Part shown: positions 54,782 to 64,000 of the stretch, piece after piece | How positions within the stretch are numbered: position 1 is the stretch's first letter | Layout of the letters: each line of letters starts with the position of its first letter | Origin: Felis catus | Lineage: Eukaryota | Reading direction: 5' to 3' | Length of the DNA stretch: 64,000 nt | Assembly: GCF_018350175.1 (NCBI RefSeq) | Contig: NC_058368.1 | Location: 126,358,001 to 126,422,000, forward strand | Notes under the pieces: generated by a model | What the model was told of the DNA's origin: nothing | Database searches by the model: none | What the model saw: only the letters and a program-made list of their open reading frames with translations | Translations under genes and position numbers: made by a program

Positions 54782-56291
54782 GATTCTATTGTTACAGTGG
54801 GTCATCTTCTGAAAGTCATCAGACTTATTTTTCGATGAGCTTTAAAACAGAGGGTATTAACGTAGTACAGTTAAGTCCACATTTCTGCCTTAAAGTCATC
54901 AGCGTTCTGTACACCTTGATTTCTGTCCTTGGCTGCTACATTTTACAAGCTGCCCTCTATAGAGCACTATGTAGTGCCTTGAGAAATTCTCACGATGGAT
55001 GCAGAAGTAATATCTAAGGGGAAAAATGTCCGTAAAAATTATATCCACTCCCTTTAGGCCATGGCATATTCCTGTAAGTTACCCTCTTTTCAATTACCAA
55101 GACAGTTGATAAAGCCTGGAGTTACTTTCCTCACTTTAAAATGCTACTTGAGTGTGTGCACTTGACTAGGAGTAAGGATTGTTGCCTAGGTCAAGGTGAT
55201 TTATGGGAATCAAAAATCCCCATTACACATACCTCCTGCCTGTCATAGCGTTTAAAACTCACACCACTGCAGAGTTTTTCCCTGTTCTACAATTTCTAGA
55301 ATTACTTTATTTAGATGTACAAAGATATACAAAAATGTATACAATTCTTGTATGATGTGATCTTCAACCATCCCACTTCTTAATACTTTTCAAGAGTTAA
55401 TGTTTCACATAAGTGACAGGGATTTGGAGAAGAGCCACTACACATTTAATCAACCAATTAACTGCTTTATTTTAAGACAAATGGTAGCTGAGTCCAGAGG
55501 TTCAGGGAACTGACTGAGTTTAGGGGGACGATACCACGCAAGCTTAGATAACTTTCTCTAAAAAGATTCTATTGAGGAAATAACGCCTAATTGTCTTCAT
55601 ATTGCTTCTGTGGTCTTCTCTCCTGGTTGTCAATTATCCTTTTTAATCTCTGACTTTCATCTCTATGTCTGCTTAATTCACAGCATCTCTCATGGCCTTC
55701 CAGGCATTAGTGTATGCAATACCTCAGCACAATATTAAACTGAGGATACAGATATGTAAAAGGCAATTCTCTACCCCAGAGGAGTTTACATTCTGCTTAA
55801 CCTTATAACCACCTTTTCCTTTCAAATCATGAACTAATATTGCCATCCACGTGTTAACTTGCATTATTATGCCTGCAACCCCTTGAAACCCAGTACCATT
55901 CTAGGTTCAACATGCATTCCTTTATTAAAAATAATAGTTTCCATATGCCAGTGACCCTTCTAGACTGTAGAGACACAAAGATGAACTCACAGAACTCATA
56001 GACTATTGTGAAAGCCGCATAAATAAGCCAACAGTTTTTATACAATGTGATAAGTGCTATCTTTATTTTTTTCAATATATGAAGTTTATTGTCAAATTGG
56101 TTTCCATACCACACCCAGTGCTCATCCAAAAGGTGCCCTCCTCAATACCCATCACCCACCCCCCCCTCCCTCCCACCCCTCATCAACCCTCAGTTTGTTC
56201 TCAGTTTTTAAGATCTCTTATACTTTGGCTCTCTTCCACTCTAACCTCTTTTTTTTTTCTTCCCCTCCCCCATGGGTTTCTGGTAAGTTTC

Positions 56292-59200
56292 TCAGGATCC
56301 ACACAAGAGTGAAAACATATGGTATCTGTCTTTCTCTGTATGGCTTATTTCACTTAGTATCACACTCTCCAGTTCCATCCATGTTGCTACAAAGGGCCAT
56401 ATTTCATTCTTTCGCATTGCCACGTAGTACTCCACTGTGTATATAAACCACAATTTCTTTATCCATTCATCAGTTGATGGACATTTAGGCTCTTTCCATA
56501 ATTTGGCTATTGTTGAGAGTGTTGCTATAAACATTGGGGTACAAGTGCCCCTATGCATCAGTACTCCTGTATCCCTGGGTAAATTCCTAGCAGTGCTATT
56601 GCTGGGTCATAGGGTAGGTCTATTTTTAATTTTTTGAGGAACCTCCACACTGTTTTCCAGAGAGGCTGCACCAATTTGCATTCCCACCAACAGTGCAAGA
56701 GGGTTCCCGTTTCTCCACATCCTCCCCAGCATCTATAGTCTCCTGATTTGTTCATTTTGGCCCCTCTGACTGGTGTGAGGTGATATCTGAGTGTGGTTTT
56801 GATTTGTATTTCCCTGATGGGGAGTGACATTGAGCATCTTTTCATGTGCCTGTAGGCCATCCAGATGTCTTCTTTAGAGAAGTGTCTATTCATGTTTTCT
56901 GCCCATTTCTTCCCTGGGTTATTTGTTTTTCGGGTGTGGAGTTTGGTGAGCTCTTTATAGATTTTGGATACTAGCCCTTTGTCCGATATGTCATTTGCGA
57001 ATATCTTTTCGCATTCCGTTGGTTGCCTTTTAATTTTGTTGGTTGTTTCCTTTGCTGTGCAGAAGCTTTTTATCTTCATAAGGTCCCAGTAGTTCATTTT
57101 TGCTTTTAATTCCCTTGCCTTTGGGGATGTGTCAAGAAATTGCTACGGCTGAGGTCAGAGAGGTCTTTTCCTGCTTTCTCCTCTAGGGTTTTGATGGTTT
57201 CCTGTCTCACATTCAGATCCTTGATCCATTTTGAGTTTATTTTTGTGAATGGTGTGAAAAAGTGGTCTAGTTTCAATCTTCTGCATGTTGCTGTCTAGTT
57301 CTCCCAGCACCATTTGTTAAAGAGACTGTCTTTTTTCCATTGGATATTCTTTCCTGCTTTGCCAAAGATTAGTTGGCCGTATGTTTGTGGGTCTAGTTCT
57401 GGGGTTTCTATTCTATTCCATTGGTCTGTGTGTCTGTTTTTGTGCCAATACCATGCTGTCTTGATGATTACAGTTTGTAGTAGAGGCTAAAGTCTGGGAT
57501 TGTGATGCCTCCTGCTTTGGTCTTCACAATTACTTTGGCTATTCGGGGCTTTTTGTGGTTCCATATGAGTTTTAGGATTGCTTCTTCTAGTTTCGAGAAG
57601 AATGCTGGTGCAATTTTGATTGGGATTGCATTGAATGTGTAGATAGCTTTGGGTAGTATTGACATTTTGACAATATTTATTCTTCCAATCCATGAGCATG
57701 GAATGTTTTTCCATTGCTTGTATCTTCTTCAATTTCCTTCATAAGCTTTCTATAGTTTTCAGCATACAGATCTTTTACATCTTTGGTTAGATTTATCCCT
57801 AGGTATTTTATGCTTCTTGGTGCAATTGTGAATGGGATCAGTTTATTTATTTGTCTTTCTGTTGCTTCATTTTTAGTGTATAAGAATGCAACACATTTCT
57901 GTACATTGATTTTGTATCCTGCAACTTTGTTAAATTCATGTATCAGTTCTAGCAGACTTCTGGTGGAGTCTATCGGATTTTCCATGTATAATATCATGTC
58001 ATCTGCAAAAAGTGAAAGCTTAACTTCATCTTTGCCAATTTTGATGCTTTTGATTTCCTTTTGTTGTCTGATTGCTGATGCTAGAACTTCCAACACTATG
58101 TTAAACAACAGCAGTGAGAGTGGACATCCCTGTCGTGTTCCTGATCTCAGGGAAAAAGCTCTCAGTTTTTCCCCATTGAGGATGATAGCTGTGGGCTTTT
58201 CATAAGTGGCTTTGATGATCTTTAAGTATGTTCTTTCTATCCCGACTTTCTCAAGGGTTTTTATTAAGAAAGGTTGCTGAATTTTGTCAAAGGCCTTTTC
58301 TGCATCGATTGACAGAATCATATGGTTCTTATCTTTTCTTTTATTAATGTGATGTATCACATTGATTGATTTGCGAATGTTGAACCAGCCCTGCATCCCA
58401 GGAGTGAATCCCACTTGAACATGGTGAATAATTCTTTTTATATGCTGTTGAATGTGATTTGCTAGTATCATATTGAGAATTTTTGCATCCATATTCATCA
58501 GGGATATTGGCCTGTCGTTCTCTTTTTTTACTGGGTCTCTGTCTGGTTTAGGAATCAAAGTATACTGGCTTCATAGAATGAGTCTGGAAGTTTTCCTTCC
58601 CTTTCTATTTTTTGGAATAGCTTGAGAGGGATAGGTATTATCTCTGCTTTAAACGTCTGGTAGAACTCCTCTGGGAAGCCATCTGGTCCTGGACTCTTAT
58701 TTGTTGGGAGATTTTTGATGACTGACTCAATTTCTTTGCTGGTTATGGGGTCTGTTCAAGCTTTCTATTTCCTCCTGATTGAGTTTTGGAAGCATGTGGG
58801 TGTCTAGGAATTTGTCCATTTCTTCCAGGTTGTCCAGTTTGTTGGAATATAATTTTTCATAGTATTCCCTGATAATAGCTTGTATCTCTGAGGGATTGGT
58901 TGTAATAATTCCATTTTCATTCATGATTTTATCTCTGGGTCATCTCCCTTTTCTTTTTGAGAAGCCTGGCTAGAGGTTTATCAATTTTGTTTATTTTTTC
59001 AAAAAACCAACTCTTGGTTTCGTTGATCTGCTCTACGGTTTTTTTAGATTCTATATTGTTTATTTCTGCTCTGATCTTTAGAATTTCTCTTCTTCTGCTG
59101 GATTTAGGCTGTCTTTGCTGTTCTGCTTCTATTTCCTTTAGGTGTGCTGTTAGATTTTGTATTTGGGATTTTTCTTGTTCTTGAGATAGGCCTGGATTGC

Positions 59201-60098
59201 AATGTATTTTCCTCTCAGGACTGCCTTCGCTGCATCCCAAAGTGTTTGGATTGTTGTATTTTCATTTTCATTTGTTTCCATATATATTTTTAATTTCTTC
59301 TCGAATTGCCTGGTTGACCCATTCATTCTTTAGTAGGGTGTTCTTTAACCTCCATGCTTTTGGAGGTTTTCCAGACTTTTTCCTGTGGTTGATTTCAAGC
59401 TTCATAGCATTGTGGTCTGAAAGTATGCATGGTATGATTTCAATTCTTGTATACTTATGAAGGGCTGTTTTGTGACCCCGTATGTGATCTATCTTGGAGA
59501 ATGTTCCATGTGCACTCGAGAAGAAAGTATATTCTGTTGCTTTGGGATGCAGAGTTCTAAATATATATGTCAAGTCCATCTGATCCAATGTATCATTCAG
59601 GGCCCTTGTTTCTTTATTGACCATGTGTCTCGATGATCTATCCATTTCTGTAAGTGGAGTGTTAAAGTCCCCTGCAATTACCACATTCTTATCAATAAGG
59701 TTGCTTATGTTTGTGGGTAATTGTTTTATATATTTGGGGGTTCCTATATTCAGTGCATAGACATTTATAATTGTTAGTTCTTCCTGATGGATAGACCCTG
59801 TGATTATTATATAATGCCCTTCTTCATCTCTTGTTACAGCCTTTAACTTAAAGTCTAGTTTGTCTGATAGAAGTATGGCTACTCCAGCTTTCTTTTGACT
59901 TCCAGTGGCATGATAAATAGTTCTCCATCCCCTCACTCTCAATCTGAAGGTGTCCTCAGGTCTAAAATGAGTCTCTTGTAGACAGCAAATAGATGGGTCT
60001 TTTTTTTTTATCCATTCTGATACCCTATGTCTTTTGGTTGGTGCATTTAGTCCATTTACATTCAGTGTTATTATAGAAAGATGTGGGTTTAGAGTCAT
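56292..60098 (-). pseudogene. L1 ORF2p (APE endonuclease, reverse transcriptase, Cys-rich C-terminus), several frameshifts
   Basis: SIITLNVNGLN, CCLQETH, GDFNTPL, SDHN (EN); [19 protein letters not shown] (RT); CWGGCGE/HCWWEC. Split over at least six ORFs. Confidence 0.95.
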
Positions 60099-60172
60099 TG
60101 TGATGTCCGTAGGTGTCACGCTTGTAGCGATGTCTCTGGTACTTTTTCTCACAGGATCCCCCTTAGGATCTC

Positions 60173-61041
60173 TTATAAGGCTGGTTTAGTGGTGGCGAAT
60201 TCCTTCAGTTTTTGTTTGTTTGGGAAGACCTTTATCTCTCCTTCTGTTCTAAATGACAGACTTGCTGGATAAAGGATTCTCGGCTGCATATGTTTTCTGT
60301 TCATCACATTGAAGATCTCCTGCCATTCCTTTCTGGCCTGCCGAGTTTCAGTAGAGAGATTGGTCACGAGTCTTATAGGTCTCCCTTTATATGTTAGAGC
60401 ACGTTTATCTCTAGCTGCTTTCAGAATTTTCTCTTTATCCTTGTATTTTGCCAGTTTCACTATGATATGTCATGCAGAAGATCGATTCAAGTTACGTCTG
60501 AAGGGAGTTCTCTGTGCCTCTTGGATTTCAATGCCTTTTTCCTTCCCCAGATCAGGGAAGTTCTCAGCTATTATTTCTTTAGGTACACCTTCAGCACCTT
60601 TCCCTCTCTCTTCCTCCTCTGGAATACCAATTATGTGTAGATTATTTCTCTTTAGTGCATCACTTAGTTCTCTAATTTTCCCCTCATATTCCTGGATTTT
60701 TTTATCTCTTTTTTTCTCAGATTCTTCTTTTTACCTAATTTATCTTCTAGTTTACCTATTCTCTCCTCTGCCTCTTCAACCCGAGCCTTAGTTTTTTCCA
60801 TTTTGTTTTGCAACTCATTGATAGCATTTTTTAGCTCCTCCTGGCTGTTCCTTAGTCCCTTGATCTCTGTAGCAAGAGATGCTCTTTTGTCCTTTATACT
60901 GTTTTCAAGCCCAGGAATTAATTTTGTGACTATTATTCTAAATTCACTTTCTGTTATATTGTTTAAATCCTTTTTGATCAGTTTGTTAGCTGTCGTTATT
61001 TCCTGGACGTTTTTCTGAGGGGAATTCTTCCGTTTTGTCAT
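60173..61041 (-). pseudogene. L1 ORF1p, frameshifted
   Basis: MTKRKNSPQKN...coiled coil...KLAKYKDKEKILKAAR...QPRILYPASLSF...TTKPAL, split over ORFs 60664..61110 and 60173..60460. Confidence 0.92.
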
Positions 61042-62786
61042 TTTGGATAGTCCCTGGAGTGGTGTGGGACTGCGGGGCACTTCCCCTGTGCTGTCTTGAA
61101 TAACTTGCATTGGTGGGTGGGGCCACAGTCAGACCTGATGTCTGCCCCCAGCCCACTGCTGGGCCACAGTCAGACTGGTGTGTGCCTTCTCTTCCCATCT
61201 CCTAGGGGCGGGATTCACTGTGTGGTGGTGTGGCCCATCTGGGCTACTTGCACACTGCCAGGCTTGTGGTGCTGGGGATCTGGCGTATTAGCTGGGGTGG
61301 ATTGGCAAGGTGCACAGGGGCGGGAGGGGTAGGCTCAGCTCGCTTTTCCTTCGGAGATCCACTCAGGGAGGGGCCCTGTGGCAGCGGGAGGGAGTCAGAC
61401 CCGCCAGAGGGATGGATCCGCAGAAGCACAGCGTTGGGTGTTTGTGTGGTTTGAGCAAGTTCCCTGGCAGGAACTGGTTCCCTTTGGGATTTTGGCAGGG
61501 GGATGGGCGAGGGAGATGGTGCTGGCGAGTGCCTTTGTTCCCCACCAACCTGAGCTCTGTTGTCTGGGGCTCAACAACTCTCACTCCTGTTGTCCTCCAA
61601 CCCTCCCGCTCTCCAAGCAGAGCTGTTAGCTTATAACCTTCCAGATGTCAAGTCCCTTTTGCTGTCGGAACACACTCTGTCCGGCCCCTCCGCTTTTGCA
61701 AGCCAGACTCGGGGGCTCTGCTTGGCCGGTGGGCCGCCCCTCCGCCCCGGCTCCCTCCCCCCAGTCTATGTAGCTCGCACCACCTCGCCACCCTTCCTAC
61801 CCTCTTCCGTGGGCCTCTCATCTGCGCTTGGCTCCGGAGACTCCGTTCTGCTAGTCTTCTGGCGGTTTTCTGGGTTATTTAGGCAGGTGTAGGTGGAATC
61901 TAAGTGATCAGGAGGATGCGCAGTGAGCCCAGCGTCCTCCTACCCCGCCATCTTCCCAGGATCCCCTAAGTGCTATCTTTAATAGAAGAGCAGGTTCATA
62001 GCTATGTGAACAGAGATCAGCGAGTCTAAATCTGCCTGAGGGTAAAGTGTGTCTTCAGGAAGAAAGTCATGTTGAACTAAGATAAACTAAGATTGGAAGA
62101 TAACACAAGGTTTCTTTGCTGTGGAAGTTTCTGGAATAATTGAACACAAAACATGTATGTCTTAAAATGAGAGACAATCTGGGTGTCGTCACTGTGGGGA
62201 CCATGTAAAGCATCATGAGAAAACAAGAAGCAGCATGATAAATCCTGAACAACCAGACATCAGAGTGGGTTTTGATGCTTAGAAAACACAAAAAGTGGGA
62301 GAGAGCCCCAAGAAAGAGAGATGGAAAGCTTATAACATAAACATACATGCACACTTTTTTCCAGTACTTTGTAGAAAATATATATATGAGTATAAATAGG
62401 CATTACAAATAGAGGAAATTTAATAAGGGGATTGGTTGCAAAAGTGTTGCAGAACTGTGGGAACAAAAAGGAGTGGGTAATTTTACTCAAAAGGTAAGTA
62501 ACTGCAGGAATCCATTCCCTTTCCTACTATAGAGAGAACCAAAGCAAAATGGTGCAGATTAGAGCCCACAATTACCATGCCCCCGAGACTGCTACTTGGG
62601 AAATCAAGCTGTGTGAGTAGGAATCCAGGAAGCTATGCTCATCAGCCACTCTTACTGCTGCCATCTTACTGCAAGAGGTACCATCAGAGGGCATCCATCT
62701 CCCCATCCTACCTCCCCATCTAAGAAAAAGCCAATTGACAGGGGAGTTTGGGAGTTTGTAAAATATGTATACAGGTTTCCATTTCC

Positions 62787-62959
62787 AGTCCTGAAGGTCC
62801 CAGTGTACTAAGAAGATCTAGCTAACTCCCTAATTTCAACATGTGTTGGTGAAAAATTGTGTATGTAAATCTATATATATAAACTCAAAACCATATTCTT
62901 TGTTGTTTCCAAGGTTCCACTGATTCTCCTGTTAAGTCATTGACTTAAATGTGTGGTAT
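62787..62959 (+). repeat. Copy 2 of the ~175-bp direct duplication
   Basis: Colinear with 54605-54781; both end in AAATGTGTGGTAT. Confidence 0.9.
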
Positions 62960-64000
62960 AGAAGAGAATGTAGAAAAATGATTGTGAGGTCAAGAGATAA
63001 TAGACACTATTTGGCAACCACATGTCCTGACTTGGGAATCTCTCACCCTTGCGTCCCTTCTTCCTCCCCATTGCCAGGTCTCCACCAACAAACAATATGG
63101 AGGACAGAAACATACTTTTTTTCATTTTCTTCCCCATTACCAACATACGTAGTAATGTCTACTCTCAGGAAATAGGAAATTTTTCTAACTATGTGCTAGA
63201 AATAAATGAGGAAAAATACAAACAAATAGGAGAGATACAGGTTCAGTAGTGAACCTTTAAAAACAAGCAGAGAAGGCTAGTCATAATTATCTCAGAAAAA
63301 TAATAGTCTCCTCCATTCCCAATCTGTCCTTTACCAACACAAAGATAAGAACATCCACTTATTTTATACATTTATGCTTTCCTTTTAATATTTTTAGGTT
63401 AGCCTATCTGCTAACTCCCACTATTACAGATATAAGTAGAAACTAAGTTGTATTTTTACAACCAACAGTTTCTGATAATGAAATGTGACAAAGCTAACTC
63501 CAATAATCATCTATTCATGTTGTTCAAATATGCTCTATTGTATATATTTGGATAGAAAAATAAAAGGCATCCATTTCAAAAGGAGATTAAATAGCTAAAG
63601 ATTAGAGAACAATGACAACTAGAAAACTCAATTGAAGAGCAAAAATAGATACATAGCCAAAGAAAGAAGTTTGGATTTTCAATTCAATTTATGAAAAAGT
63701 TCTGTTTTTTAATAAAAAAATATTTTTGATCTTTAAAAGATTAATATACAAATGAAAAAGGAGTTAAAGTAAAGCAGTAAAAAAAAGTATGCTTTTGCTT
63801 TTACATTTATTTCCCCTTTGTATAACACTTAATTTTTAAAGGTGCCACAAACTGGTGGTCCACAACTATACAGTATTCTTTAGTGTATATTTTAAGTGGT
63901 AATTAGATATCACTTGGCTGAAAATATAGGATGAAAAATAGGAGTTGCCAGGACTTAAGCATATAAAGCAAAATTCATATCCTTCAATTAATTTTCAAAG

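Larger units (their letters stand above)
56066..61966 (-). mobile_element. Full-length felid LINE-1 (L1_Fc-like), frameshifted
   Basis: Perfect 15-bp TSD TAAGTGCTATCTTTA (56051-56065 and 61967-61981). 5' end GGGGATCCTGGGAAGATGGCGG (YY1 site), CpG-rich 5' UTR, ORF1 and ORF2 fragments, AATAAA and A-tail. Confidence 0.97.

Noticed and set aside
57783..58205. Plus-strand hydrophobic ORFs within the L1s (also 22639..23160, 60309..60791)
   Set aside because: Antisense shadows of A-rich L1 coding sequence.

Overview
Mammalian, almost certainly felid, genomic DNA: about 20 tRNA-derived CAN-SINEs of the cat type and felid-type L1s. It is mostly repeats and contains one recognisable protein-coding gene, GAPT (GRB2-binding transmembrane adaptor), on the + strand. 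From recalled human synteny this is the PLK2-GAPT-RAB3C interval; neither neighbour's exons are visible here. The main observation is that the GAPT frame is 285 codons (38382-39239), not the familiar ~157 aa adaptor. It opens 8 nt after a splice acceptor and adds 129 N-terminal residues that read as a signal peptide, 2-3 leucine-rich repeats and a Cys-rich LRR C-terminal cap with four N-glycosylation sequons. This suggests an LRR type-I receptor form of GAPT (LRRC25-like), possibly switched to the short adaptor by an alternative 3' splice site just before the canonical ATG. Other notable items: a candidate haematopoietic promoter/non-coding exon 1 (~35.0-35.3 kb), a 19/20 p53 response element (16754), a 14-bp RFX X-box (50379), two full-length disrupted L1s with different 5' UTRs, a ~175-bp local duplication, a possible GC-rich retrocopy and an AT-rich palindromic tandem array. 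Repeat family names come from recalled consensus sequences, boundaries without TSDs are approximate, and no searches were run.
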